Source: Patescibacteria group bacterium (GTDB taxonomy: Bacteria > Patescibacteriota > Minisyncoccia > Ryanbacterales > GWA2-47-10b). From it: a stretch of DNA of 64,000 bases. The notes below the pieces were generated by a model, which saw only the letters and a list, made by a program, of their open reading frames with translations, did no database searches and was not told where the DNA came from. The DNA is taken from contig JBBTSE010000002.1 in NCBI GenBank assembly GCA_038064855.1, forward strand, positions 72,815 through 136,814. The letters are read 5' to 3'. Both the position numbers and the translations under genes were made by a program. This document shows positions 45,509-55,468 of this stretch, one piece after another; within the stretch, counting starts at the first letter, position 1; each line of letters starts with the position of its first letter.

Positions 45509-45553
45509 CAAAAAGTTATCCAATGCTGACACGGAGGGTAGTTGTAGTGTAAG

Positions 45554-45916
45554 GTGGGCATTATGAAAAGTGCTCAAGAAATATTTAACCGCATCCAAGA
45601 CATCAAGCGTGAACAGCGCGATTTAAAAGGTTCGTACAAAGACGCACTCGAAAATGCTACAGGGTATCGCGAGATTGTGCAGGAATACAACAAGATCCGC
45701 GACAAAAAAGTATCGATCGAACAAAAGATAAAGCGTGAATCAGCCGCAGAGTTCGCCAAGCTCGAGAGTATGAAAAATAATCTCAAGGGTGATCAAGAAA
45801 TGCTGAGCGACATCACGCTCACTCATATGATGAAAGGGGAGCATGTCGAGATTACTGATGAGCACGCAAATCAATACGAGCCAGTATTTTCGGTGAAGTT
45901 TAAGAAGAAAGGGTAA
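45554..45916 (+). CDS. Hypothetical coiled-coil protein
   Basis: Charged, heptad-like sequence (IQDIKREQRDLKGSYKDALENA...) and a downstream hairpin at 45936-45975. Confidence 0.45.
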   Translation: MGIMKSAQEIFNRIQDIKREQRDLKGSYKDALENATGYREIVQEYNKIRDKKVSIEQKIKRESAAEFAKLESMKNNLKGDQEMLSDITLTHMMKGEHVEITDEHANQYEPVFSVKFKKKG

Positions 45917-45935
45917 GAGTTTATTGATAAAAAAT

Positions 45936-45975
45936 GCCCCGCTCGAGCATGTGCTCGAACGGGGCTTGGGTCTTA
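45936..45975 (+). terminator. Hairpin terminator (long palindromic stem)
   Basis: GCCCCGCTCGAGCA-tg-TGCTCGAACGGGGC followed by TTGGGTCTT. Confidence 0.5.
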
Positions 45976-46265
45976 TCCGGCGGCAGGCGCCTCCTTAGGG
46001 CTGCCCGTTCCAGGGATGGGCGCGCCGCGGACCGGAATGTCCGAGGTCTCGGCGCGCGGGGCGATGCCCCGCGCGCCAGGAAGGCTTTGCGCGCGCGGGC
46101 GCGGTCACCCGGCTTCGGAGGGCAGAAGCCCTGTTTGTGCTCCCTGCCGGATGCTCCGCATTTACTGCATCGTGCCATCATCACCTCATGGTTGGTGAGA
46201 GGGTGATCGAAAGCCACTCTCACATGTGAACTCTGGGAAATACTTTATACTAAATATAATATTTT

Positions 46266-46307
46266 GTCAAACAAAAAGCCTGATCTACATCAGGCTTTTT
46301 ATTTTTT
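46266..46307 (-). terminator. Rho-independent terminator downstream of ssrA (bidirectional hairpin)
   Basis: AAAAAGCCTGAT-ctac-ATCAGGCTTTTT flanked by A/T tracts on both sides. Confidence 0.65.
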
Positions 46308-46309
46308 TG

Positions 46310-46662
46310 TGGAAGTGGGCGGAATTGAACCGCCGTCCGAAAGTTCTTCTCAATAAAAATTTATACAGGCGTACTTAGGACGAACCCAAGAGTTTGCTCG
46401 ATTAGTTTCGCGCGCGTGTATCGAGCATGATGCGCACTAGCTGAGGATTATAACACCGGCATTCCACGCACTCAGCGGTTGCGGACCGATGCTCTGGCGC
46501 ATAGTGGCCAGAGAAACGCCTACGGCTTAGGCAAAAGCCATTGCCGGTTGGCGGTTAAATAAGTTTGCACTTATTGGCGTGTGGCATTTTTGGAAGAGGT
46601 GACCACACCTGCTCTTGCCTGATTTTCAAAGAGTCGAGACCCCGTCGAGGCCTGTCACTCCC
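46310..46662 (-). ncRNA. ssrA: tmRNA (ssrA), about 353 nt
   Basis: The 3' end is tRNA-like: T-stem-loop GGCGG-UUCAAUU-CCGCC plus acceptor CACUUCC-A. The 5' GGGAGUG pairs with it. An internal Ala-initiated tag-like reading frame ends ...AMAFA-TAA. It lies immediately downstream of smpB. Confidence 0.8.
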
Positions 46663-46725
46663 AAAACATGCTGGGAGCACGTTTTGAATCGCGCTCATGG
46701 CGTTTTTTGGAAGCACCAAACTGCT

Positions 46726-47166
46726 TTAGTATTTTTTCAATTCTCGAGAAATTGATCGTTTGACCTCGCGTTTTTTGATTGTTTCGCGCTTGTCAAAGTT
46801 TCGTTTTCCGCGTGCCACACCAAATTCTAGCTTGATGGTACGGGCTTTATTATACAACTTAATTGGTACCAATGTCAAGCCCTTCTCGTGTTCTTTGCCG
46901 GCAAGGTACGAAAGCTCTTTTTTGTGAAGCAATAGCTTGCGCGTACGGTCAGGATCATATGACGGCGGGGTATTGGGCTGTTGGTAGGGGGGGATGCTGG
47001 CACCCACCAAAAATGCCTCACCTCCGCGGATGATGACGCGCGCGCCCTCCAGATGAGCGTTGCCCGCGCGTATTGATTTAACCTCAAAGCCAAAAAGCTC
47101 GATGCCTGCCTCATAGGTTTCGAGTATCTCGTAGTCAAAGTGTACTTTTTTGTTTTGCGTAGTCAT
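46726..47166 (-). CDS. smpB: SsrA-binding protein SmpB
   Basis: KKVHFDYEILETYEAGIELFGFEVKS...LLLHKKE is the SmpB signature. Start taken at MTTQNK. Confidence 0.9.
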   Translation of the reverse strand: MTTQNKKVHFDYEILETYEAGIELFGFEVKSIRAGNAHLEGARVIIRGGEAFLVGASIPPYQQPNTPPSYDPDRTRKLLLHKKELSYLAGKEHEKGLTLVPIKLYNKARTIKLEFGVARGKRNFDKRETIKKREVKRSISRELKKY

Positions 47167-47209
47167 CGCTTCTTCAATATAGAACAAATACGGTTTTTGC
47201 GTTAGAGTA

Positions 47210-48841
47210 GTGCTTACTGACATGGAACGCAATCTCCGTACCTATATAGAAGACATTTTGCATCGCGAGATCGGCTCGGACGTGCCTTTTTCGGTTGAGC
47301 GCCAAGAAATGGAGGGTCGGGGAGACTATTCGTCAAACATCGCACTCGTACGCGCCAAAGTTGAGAAGCGTTTGCCTATGGCGGTTGCCGAAGATATTGC
47401 CTCACGCATCAAAGAAAAACATTTGCCTGTTTTCAGTAAGATTGAGGCAGCTGCTCCCGGCTTTTTAAATTTTTATTTTGACAAACAATACTTGATCGAG
47501 ATTTTGCGTGATTCTTTTGTGTCAGAACCAAAGCTCAAGCTCGGTACGGCATCGGTAGAATATATCTCTGCCAATCCTACGGGCCCCATGCATATTGGCA
47601 ACGCGCGGTCAGGGCCCATCGGCGATGTGGTCGCAAACTTGTTGGCAGATCGCGGATACAAAGTAGTGCGTGAATATTTTCACAATGACGCAGGCGCGCA
47701 GATTGGCCGCTTTGCTGATTCACTGTGGCATTGGTATATGATCGCGTGTGGAGAGCAGTCGGTGCTGGCAGAAGATGGCTACCAGGGCGAGTACATCCAA
47801 GAGATGGGCAAAGCCGTGCACAAAAAATACGGCGCCAAGATTTTAAAAAAACCCGATCTGTACAAAGAGCGCATCACCAAGGTTGCACTCGCAAGCATGC
47901 TCAAAGACAATCTGGCATTGGCAAAGCGTATGGGTATTGTCTTTGACAAGGTTGTCGCGGAAAGTGACCTTGAGGCGAAGACCAAACGCGCGCTCGCCCT
48001 GCTCGATAAAAAAGGATTGCTGACCAAAAAAGAGGGTGCAGTGTGGTTTACACCTAAAGATGACAATCTGGGCGAGCGCGAATCGGTCGTGATCAAGAGT
48101 GATGGCACCTATGTATATTTTGCGGGTGATATTGCGTATCACGCAGAAAAATTTAAGCGTGCTGACTTGGTGGTAGACGAGCTCGGTGAGAATCACGAAG
48201 GTCATGTACCCAAGCTTCGCGCAATCGCTGACGCGTTTGATTTCCTGCAAAAAGATTTCAAGGTAGTGGTGCACGGGCAGGTGACGCTCAAAAAAGACGG
48301 GCAGGTGGTATCAATGGCCAAGCGCAAGGGCAACTTTGTTACGGCCGAAGAACTGCTCGATACGGTGGGCAAGGATGCCTTCCGGTTTTTTATGCTGCAG
48401 TACGCGCCGCGATCCGCCATGACCTTTGATATGGATTTGGCGCGGGCAAAGTCAAAAGACAATCCTGTCTACTATATACAGTATGCGCATGCGCGCGCCT
48501 CGAGTATCCTCAAAAAGGCGGGATACCACCAAAAACGCAAGATAAATTATAAAAAAGTAGCATGGCCGCTTCTTGATACTGAGGCCGAATGGGCGATCAT
48601 TCGCATGATCTTGGCGTTACCTGATGTGATCAATCAAACTGCCGAAGATTTTCAATTGCAGCGCCTCTCGCGCTTTGCGCTCGATTTCGCGCGTGCCTTT
48701 ACGCATTTCTATGAAACGACGCATGTAATAGGCGAGCGCGCTGATCTTGAATATGCGCGCCTCGCGCTCGTATCACTCTTTCGCGAGACCATGCAACGGC
48801 AGTGTAAACTCATGGGGATTTCTACTCCTGATACGATGTAA
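47210..48841 (+). CDS. argS: Arginyl-tRNA synthetase
   Basis: SANPTGPMHIGNAR class I HIGH region plus the ArgRS anticodon-binding C-terminus. 543 aa. Confidence 0.92.
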   Translation: MLTDMERNLRTYIEDILHREIGSDVPFSVERQEMEGRGDYSSNIALVRAKVEKRLPMAVAEDIASRIKEKHLPVFSKIEAAAPGFLNFYFDKQYLIEILRDSFVSEPKLKLGTASVEYISANPTGPMHIGNARSGPIGDVVANLLADRGYKVVREYFHNDAGAQIGRFADSLWHWYMIACGEQSVLAEDGYQGEYIQEMGKAVHKKYGAKILKKPDLYKERITKVALASMLKDNLALAKRMGIVFDKVVAESDLEAKTKRALALLDKKGLLTKKEGAVWFTPKDDNLGERESVVIKSDGTYVYFAGDIAYHAEKFKRADLVVDELGENHEGHVPKLRAIADAFDFLQKDFKVVVHGQVTLKKDGQVVSMAKRKGNFVTAEELLDTVGKDAFRFFMLQYAPRSAMTFDMDLARAKSKDNPVYYIQYAHARASSILKKAGYHQKRKINYKKVAWPLLDTEAEWAIIRMILALPDVINQTAEDFQLQRLSRFALDFARAFTHFYETTHVIGERADLEYARLALVSLFRETMQRQCKLMGISTPDTM

Positions 48842-48880
48842 ACAGTTGCGTCTCTAAAAAAAATCGTTTAGTATTTCTCT

Positions 48881-49576
48881 ATGGATATGCAACAACCACG
48901 CAATGTTATTATCGGACTTCTCGCGCTCTTCGTTGTGTTCGGGGGAGTTGTTTGGCTTGGTACGAGCAAGCCTGCGACAAATGACGCAGGTACTGCCTCG
49001 CTGACTGATCAGGCCGCACCACCACCTCCAGAAGTATCAGTAGGGCCCGAGGTTATACAATTTCAAGGAAAAACTGTGAAAGCAACAATCAAAACACAAA
49101 AAGGTGATATCGAGCTCGAGCTTTACCCAGAGGTAGCACCGAAGACCGTATCAAATTTTGTCACTCTTTCAAAGAAAGGATTTTACAACGGTCTTATCTT
49201 TCACCGTGTAATCGCCGGCTTTATGGCACAGGGCGGTGATCCATCAGGCAATGGCACAGGCGGCCCTGGTTATGAGTTTGAAGATGAGATAAATCCCAAG
49301 ATACTCGGTGTACCCGCAGAGATGATCGTGGGATTAGAAGGCGCTGGCTACAAATATAACTATGATCTCAAATCAATGAAAAATGATGTCGGCGCTATCT
49401 CGATGGCAAACCGTGGTCCCAATACCAACGGCAGTCAATTTTTCATCATCACCGAGAGCGCGCAACCACATCTTGATGGTCGTCACACGGTATTTGGTCG
49501 CGTGACCAAGGGCATGGAGGTAGTCTTGAAGCTCGCCGAGGGCGACGCGATGACTGAGGTCACGATAGCTGAATAG
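48881..49576 (+). CDS. Cyclophilin-type peptidyl-prolyl isomerase with N-terminal membrane anchor
   Basis: [15 protein letters not shown]...[11 protein letters not shown] is a cyclophilin signature. Confidence 0.9.
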   Translation: MDMQQPRNVIIGLLALFVVFGGVVWLGTSKPATNDAGTASLTDQAAPPPPEVSVGPEVIQFQGKTVKATIKTQKGDIELELYPEVAPKTVSNFVTLSKKGFYNGLIFHRVIAGFMAQGGDPSGNGTGGPGYEFEDEINPKILGVPAEMIVGLEGAGYKYNYDLKSMKNDVGAISMANRGPNTNGSQFFIITESAQPHLDGRHTVFGRVTKGMEVVLKLAEGDAMTEVTIAE

Positions 49577-49595
49577 TCACAAAACAGAGTAAGTC

Positions 49596-49622
49596 AAAAA
49601 CCCCGCGTGCGCGGGGTTTTGA
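49596..49622 (+). terminator. Rho-independent terminator
   Basis: AAAACCCCGC-gtgc-GCGGGGTTTT. Confidence 0.65.
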
Positions 49623-49659
49623 TATTGAAAAAGGCGTTAACTTCGATTAGAATAAAAAA

Positions 49660-52600
49660 ATGCGAGATGAGCTTGGCGTCCTTGGATTCTGGACCCAGAA
49701 AAACATTTTTGAGAAAAGCATTAAGCAGCGCGCTCGGGCAAAGCGCTTTGTTTTTTTTGAGGGGCCACCCACGGCAAATGGCATGCCTGGCCTTCATCAC
49801 GTGGAAGCGCGCGCGTTCAAAGATGTCGTCGCGCGGTACAAGACTATGCAGGGTTTTTTGGTTGAGCGGCGCGCAGGGTGGGATACCCACGGTCTTCCCG
49901 TCGAGATTGGCGTTGAGAAGGCGCTTGGTTTTAAATTAAAACAAGAGATTGATGCGTACGGCATCGAGCCGTTTAATCGCAAATGTAAAGAATCAGTTTG
50001 GCTCTATACCAATCAATGGGAGAAGGTGACCGAGCGTATGGGGTATTGGATTGATACCAAACATCCCTATATCACCTATAAAAATTCATATATCGAATCA
50101 CTTTGGCATATCGTCAAAGAGTTTAACGCGGGTAAGCTCCTCTATCAGGATGACAAAGTGGTGCCGTGGTGCGCGCGTTGTGGCACGGCATTATCATCAC
50201 ATGAGCTCGCGCAAGGATATAAAAAAGTAAAAGATCAGTCAGTCTATGTACGCTTTCGTCTCAAGACGCGCAGAGCATCGCTCCTTGTATGGACCACCAC
50301 GCCATGGACGCTGCCTGCCAATGTGGCAGCGGCTGTGCATCCTGAGCTCGAATATGTAACTATCGATGACCGGGGCGAGCAGCTTATCATGCTCGGATCT
50401 TTGGCATCAAAACTTTTCCCGGGTCTCGAACCGTTGTGGCGCGAACCGGGCTCGAAGCTCTTGGGTCTTGAATACGATCCGCCCTATCCGGCGCCCGACA
50501 TTCCCTATCGTGTGGTTGGCGGTACTTTTATCACCGATCAAGAAGGTACGGGTATCGTGCATATCGCTCCTGCGTTTGGTGATGACGACCTCAAAGTAGG
50601 CAAACGTGAAGGATTGCCCACGTTTGTAACCGTTGATGATGCGGGCAAATTTACCAAGGCAGTACCGCAGTGGGAGGGGATGTTTGTCAAAGAAGCCGAT
50701 CCGCTTGTCGTAAAAGATTTGATACAAAAGGGGCTTTTATTCAAAGAGGCACTCTACGAACATGATTATCCGTTTTGCTGGCGATGTGATACGCCGCTTA
50801 TCTATCGTGTACGCAAGTCATGGTGGGTGAAGGTGAGCGCCGTGCGCCCCAAGATGGTAGAGGCAAATAAATCGATCAATTGGCATCCGGCACATTTGCG
50901 CGATGGGCGTTTTGGTCAATGGCTCAAAGAAGATAAAGATTGGGCATTTAGCCGCGAGCGCTATTGGGGCACGCCATTACCGGTATGGTCGTGCAAAGAG
51001 TGCGATCGCAAGGATGTGTTTGGCTCAATCGCGGAAATCTCTGAGCGCGCGCCCAAATCTACTAATACGTATTTCTTGATGCGCCATGGGTTTGCAAAAA
51101 ATAACTTACTTGGTATCGCAACCGCCAAGCTCAATAACTCATACGGTCTTATGCCGCGCGGCAAGACCGAGGTAAAAAAAGCGGCAGCGGGTTTAAAGAA
51201 GGCGGGCATTCAGCTTATTATTTCATCAGACCTTACGCGCACGCGCGAGACTGCGGCTATTTTGGCGCGCGAACTTCGGGTACCAGTTTTGTACGATGCT
51301 GACTTGCGTGAACACAACCATGGTGATTATGAGGGTGATGCTATCGAAGACATCTGGAAAAAGCATACGGCCGAAGAAATCCTCAAACATCCCTTTCCAG
51401 GAGGCGAGTCATGGGCAGATGTAAAAAAACGCAGTTATCGTTTTTTTCAAAGACTCGAGACATTACATAAGAAGAAAAAGATTTTGGTGGTGGGCCACGG
51501 CGATCCGCTATGGTTTTTAGAGGCGATTATGCGCGGCACGCAACAGCCTGATGAATTTTCACCAGCAAAATATCTCAAAAATGCCGATGTACATCGTATC
51601 GTACCCGTGGCGGTGCCGCGCAATGAGTTTGGTGAGACGGATCTTCACAAACCGTTTATCGATGAGTTTCCGGTAATGTGTTCGGGGTGCCTGACGCGCA
51701 TGGAACGTACACCTGAGGTTGCTGATGTGTGGTTTGATTCGGGTGCCATGCCATTTGCCGCACAGCACTATCCGTTTGAAAACAAAGCGCTTATCGATAA
51801 GGGCACGGCGTATCCTGCAGATTTTATCTCCGAGGCGATTGATCAGACGCGCGGGTGGTTTTATACGCTCCTTGCAGTCTCGACATTGCTTGGCAAAAAA
51901 GCTCCCTATAAAAATGTTATTTCACTCGGGCATTTGCTGGATAAAGAAGGAAAGAAGATGTCAAAGTCTCGCGGCAATGTGGTGGAGCCCATGGATCTTT
52001 TTGAAAAATATGGCGCTGATGCAGTGCGTTGGTATTTCTTTACTATCAATCAGCCTGGCGACTCAAAGCTCTTTGATGTTTCTGATCTTGAAAAATCAAA
52101 ACGAACATTCATCGATCTCTTTCTCAATACGCTCAATTTCTACGAGATGTATAAACCGGTCGCCAAAAAAACATCACGCAAGAATGCTCTTGATGCGTGG
52201 ATGGAGGCGAAGTCTGCCCAAGTAAGCGCCGAGGTCGCACGCCGCATGGATGCGTATGATGTGGTTGGCGCGGCGCGCCTCATCGAAGATTTTGTGGGCA
52301 ATGATATTTCACGTTGGTATGTACGCCGGTCGCGCGAACGCATGCGCTCAGGCGAGGGTGTTGAGATTTTGCGCAAAACGCTTTTGCAGACCGCAGTGCT
52401 CGCAGCTCCTTTTGTGCCGTTTACCGCGGAGATCGTATACCGAGCTGCCGGCGGCAAGCGCGAGAGCGTGCATCTTGAGGATTGGCCAAAGAAACGCGCG
52501 CATAACAAGGCGCTCGTGAGCGGTATGGACGAAGTGCGTGCGCTTGCCGCACGCGGCCTTGAACTCCGTGCGCGCGCCGGTATCAAAGTGCGCCAGCCGC

Positions 52601-52959
52601 TTGCGTCCCTTATGGTTAAAGGCATTACCGTGCGTGATGCATCTCTTCTCGATATTTTAAAAGAAGAACTCAATGTCAAAGATGTGGTGGTCAATAAAAA
52701 ATTAACAGAAGATGCGGCACTCGATACCGTAATATCACCCGAACTCAAAGAAGAAGGCGAGGTGCGTGAGCTTATCCGTTTTGCTCAAGACGCTCGTAAA
52801 AAGGCAGGTCTCCAGCCGCTCGATACGGTAACGCTCACTATTACGGGCAATTTTTCCGCAGCCGCACTCGCGGCCATCAAAAAGGGCACGCGCGCCAAGC
52901 GTCTGGAAGTTGCCGATACAAACAAAGGCCCCAGTGTTGTCTCGGTCGAAAAGGTGTAG
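49660..52959 (+). CDS. ileS: Isoleucyl-tRNA synthetase with an embedded histidine-phosphatase (PGAM-like) domain
   Basis: WAFSRERYWGTPLP (IleRS WCISRQRYWG-like) and KMSKS present. Between WSCKEC and CSGC...DVWFDSG sits a ~170-aa segment with LMRHGFAKNN, SSDLTRTRETAAI and VVGHGDPL (RHG / SSxLxRxxxTA / GHG motifs). Confidence 0.8.
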   Translation: MRDELGVLGFWTQKNIFEKSIKQRARAKRFVFFEGPPTANGMPGLHHVEARAFKDVVARYKTMQGFLVERRAGWDTHGLPVEIGVEKALGFKLKQEIDAYGIEPFNRKCKESVWLYTNQWEKVTERMGYWIDTKHPYITYKNSYIESLWHIVKEFNAGKLLYQDDKVVPWCARCGTALSSHELAQGYKKVKDQSVYVRFRLKTRRASLLVWTTTPWTLPANVAAAVHPELEYVTIDDRGEQLIMLGSLASKLFPGLEPLWREPGSKLLGLEYDPPYPAPDIPYRVVGGTFITDQEGTGIVHIAPAFGDDDLKVGKREGLPTFVTVDDAGKFTKAVPQWEGMFVKEADPLVVKDLIQKGLLFKEALYEHDYPFCWRCDTPLIYRVRKSWWVKVSAVRPKMVEANKSINWHPAHLRDGRFGQWLKEDKDWAFSRERYWGTPLPVWSCKECDRKDVFGSIAEISERAPKSTNTYFLMRHGFAKNNLLGIATAKLNNSYGLMPRGKTEVKKAAAGLKKAGIQLIISSDLTRTRETAAILARELRVPVLYDADLREHNHGDYEGDAIEDIWKKHTAEEILKHPFPGGESWADVKKRSYRFFQRLETLHKKKKILVVGHGDPLWFLEAIMRGTQQPDEFSPAKYLKNADVHRIVPVAVPRNEFGETDLHKPFIDEFPVMCSGCLTRMERTPEVADVWFDSGAMPFAAQHYPFENKALIDKGTAYPADFISEAIDQTRGWFYTLLAVSTLLGKKAPYKNVISLGHLLDKEGKKMSKSRGNVVEPMDLFEKYGADAVRWYFFTINQPGDSKLFDVSDLEKSKRTFIDLFLNTLNFYEMYKPVAKKTSRKNALDAWMEAKSAQVSAEVARRMDAYDVVGAARLIEDFVGNDISRWYVRRSRERMRSGEGVEILRKTLLQTAVLAAPFVPFTAEIVYRAAGGKRESVHLEDWPKKRAHNKALVSGMDEVRALAARGLELRARAGIKVRQPLASLMVKGITVRDASLLDILKEELNVKDVVVNKKLTEDAALDTVISPELKEEGEVRELIRFAQDARKKAGLQPLDTVTLTITGNFSAAALAAIKKGTRAKRLEVADTNKGPSVVSVEKV

Positions 52960-52961
52960 TC

Positions 52962-53531
52962 ATGACCGGGTACTACGGCACCGATGCCATTATACTTGCT
53001 TCGCGCGAGCGGGGGGAGGCTGACGCGTATCTTACTTTTTTTACTAAAGACTTGGGTCGCGTGAGCGCGATTGCTACGGGCGTGCGTCTTGCTAAGTCAA
53101 AGCTTCGTGGGCATTTGAGGCTCTTTATCCCGTTGCGCTTGATGCTCACGCGAGGCAGTACCGTATGGCGCGTGATAGACGCGGAAGCTTTAGGGTCAGG
53201 CGATGAGGGAGCGACCGCGTATCACAAGCGCTGCGCTGATTTTGTATTACGCATGACGGGCGATGAATCTCCCGATCTCGATTTGTGGGACGCGATACTC
53301 GATATAGCAGGCGTACGATATTTTTCCGGCGAGATGCGCTTTAAGTTGCGTGTACTCGAGATTAGCGGGTTTTTGCCGGACGCCCCCGAGCAGAGTAAAT
53401 TTTTTACGGCAAAAGCGAGAGCATTTATAGCACATCGGGCGGATGATGCGCTCTTTGCAGATCACGATGAATGCACCGCGTTTGAAGAGGGCATCGAGGG
53501 GATACTACGCGCCAATCACATGCTATACTAG
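52962..53531 (+). CDS. recO: DNA repair protein RecO
   Basis: AIILASRERGEADAYLTFFTKDLGRVSAIATG is the RecO N-terminal OB pattern. Confidence 0.8.
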   Translation: MTGYYGTDAIILASRERGEADAYLTFFTKDLGRVSAIATGVRLAKSKLRGHLRLFIPLRLMLTRGSTVWRVIDAEALGSGDEGATAYHKRCADFVLRMTGDESPDLDLWDAILDIAGVRYFSGEMRFKLRVLEISGFLPDAPEQSKFFTAKARAFIAHRADDALFADHDECTAFEEGIEGILRANHMLY

Positions 53532-53535
53532 TGAC

Positions 53536-55431
53536 ATGGCGCTCGACGATCTACGGCGACGGCTTTTCAAAAAAGGCGAGGGGTTCGAAGACCGCGAGCA
53601 TTCGTGGCGTCTTCGCAGGCACAATACACAAGCACCGGTGTCATGGAAAGCGGAGCCCGTAGTCGAGGAAGATTCTATGCAAAAATTTCTTCGTAAACTT
53701 TTATGGTGGGGTATCGGTGGGGGGATAGGGACCATTGCGGTTGTTATGTTTGGATATTTACTGATTTCAGGGAAATGGTCTGTTCTCGGCGTTGATACGC
53801 GTAAAAATATCAATCTTACTGTTGAAACTGCCGACGACCCTATCGCCGGCAAAAAACTCGTGTGGCGTGTTGTGTACGAAAACAAAAATGATATCGCGCT
53901 CGACAAAGCAGTACTTGTTTTCGCATATCCGCCCATGTCACAGCCGTTGGCAGGTGAGTACATGAAGGGCGGCTTGCGCCCCGAACGCAGAGAGCTCGGT
54001 ACTATAAATCCCGGCGATAAAAAAGAAGAGTTGTTTTCAGCAATCGTGTTTGGCGCGCAAGATGAGGTTTTAAAGGGGCAGGCAAAAATCGAGTACCGAC
54101 CACGCGATTCGTCGGTACTACTCGCCAAAGAAACGCCGTATTCATCTTCGGTCAAAGGATCACTCTTGGGTCTTGAGCTCCTACTACCTAAAGAGCTCAA
54201 AGCGGGTCAGCAGATCGAAGCACAACTGTCGCTCGTCTCGAGTGCTGAGACACCATTTCGTGGTATATCGATTGAGATGATGTATCCTGACGCATTTGAG
54301 TTTATCTCATCAAGCATCAAGCCAACAAAAGGTACTACGATTTGGACGATAGGAGATCTGGGTAAGGGGGATACCTTTAAGCTTTCTATTAAAGGACGCA
54401 TCAAAGATTCCATAGCGCCCAAATCAATGAAGGCAAAAGTAGGTGTCTACGATCGTACCAAAAACGAGTTTGATGTTTTTACCTCATCGGAAAAAACATT
54501 TACAGTGACGCCACCGCTTTTAGTGACAAAACTTACTATTAATTCTGACGGCGATATTGATACGGGGGTATTGCTTGCCGGTGCGACGGTCAACGGTGTT
54601 CTCGAATGGCGGAACAATCTTCCCGTGGCCATTTCCAACGCTACGGTCGAAGTCGTGTTTGAGGGTGAGGCGTTTGATATCAAAACGCTCATGAGCGATC
54701 GTGGCGAGTTTGATCAGGGTCGCAATTCTTTGCGATGGGTGCCGGGGCGCATTCCCGAGCTTTTGGTGGTAGATCCGAGTGAGAGCGGTACTTTTGCATT
54801 TAGTATTACAAGTAAAAAAACGATTAGCGTGCGCAATCCTACGCTTGTGTTTCGTTCGACCATGCAGACGCGCGAACTTCCATCAGGATATGAGGGGGTA
54901 GATATTTCAGGTGAAGAACGGGTGACCTATAAACTTGCTACGCGCGCTTCGTTTTCTCAAAAAGGGTATTACTATGACTCGCGCATTCAAAACTCGGGTC
55001 CCTTCCCACCTCGCGTTGGGCAAGAGTCGACATACCTTATTGTTTGGTCAGTAACCAATGCGACCAACGATCTTACCGACGCCGTTGTACATGCGACTCT
55101 ACCTTCCTTTGTGCGTTGGAAGGGTGTTGTCGATCCGCCGTCGGGTGCACTTATCACCTTTGATGAATCAACGCGCGAGATATCATGGTTGCCGGGAGCG
55201 ATATCTGCAGGTACGGGTACTGCGGATCGCGCGCGTGAAGTAGCGTTTCAAGTAGCATTTACCCCATCACTCCCGCAGGCAGGGCGGCCCGCAGAGCTTG
55301 TATCTGCGGCAAAATTTGAAGCGCGCGATTCGTTTGCTAATATTACTATTACACAAGTAACAGATCGCGCCACTACCGCCCTGCGTGATGATCCGCGCGC
55401 ATTTCGTGAGGGAGGAGAGGTAGAAGAATAG
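53536..55431 (+). CDS. Large membrane-anchored extracellular hypothetical protein (beta-rich repeats)
   Basis: N-terminal TM (LWWGIGGGIGTIAVVMFGYLLISG) and ~600 aa of Thr/Ser/Val-rich repetitive sequence with no known family. Confidence 0.5.
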   Translation: MALDDLRRRLFKKGEGFEDREHSWRLRRHNTQAPVSWKAEPVVEEDSMQKFLRKLLWWGIGGGIGTIAVVMFGYLLISGKWSVLGVDTRKNINLTVETADDPIAGKKLVWRVVYENKNDIALDKAVLVFAYPPMSQPLAGEYMKGGLRPERRELGTINPGDKKEELFSAIVFGAQDEVLKGQAKIEYRPRDSSVLLAKETPYSSSVKGSLLGLELLLPKELKAGQQIEAQLSLVSSAETPFRGISIEMMYPDAFEFISSSIKPTKGTTIWTIGDLGKGDTFKLSIKGRIKDSIAPKSMKAKVGVYDRTKNEFDVFTSSEKTFTVTPPLLVTKLTINSDGDIDTGVLLAGATVNGVLEWRNNLPVAISNATVEVVFEGEAFDIKTLMSDRGEFDQGRNSLRWVPGRIPELLVVDPSESGTFAFSITSKKTISVRNPTLVFRSTMQTRELPSGYEGVDISGEERVTYKLATRASFSQKGYYYDSRIQNSGPFPPRVGQESTYLIVWSVTNATNDLTDAVVHATLPSFVRWKGVVDPPSGALITFDESTREISWLPGAISAGTGTADRAREVAFQVAFTPSLPQAGRPAELVSAAKFEARDSFANITITQVTDRATTALRDDPRAFREGGEVEE

Positions 55432-55468
55432 CGTTGGCATAATGCCACGCTCGTGCTAGGTTTTTGCT

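Noticed and set aside
45921-46223. ORF 45921..46223(-) and 45934..46206(+), 100 and 90 aa
   Set aside because: They are Arg/Pro/Ala-rich low-complexity translations on both strands of a GC-rich segment, and a hairpin terminator lies inside the putative 3' end. They are most likely non-coding.
46310-46346. Stand-alone tRNA gene at the T-arm-like GGTTCAATTCC
   Set aside because: The acceptor pairs with a 5' strand ~350 nt away and the intervening sequence has no D or anticodon arm layout. It fits the tmRNA downstream of smpB, not a tRNA.
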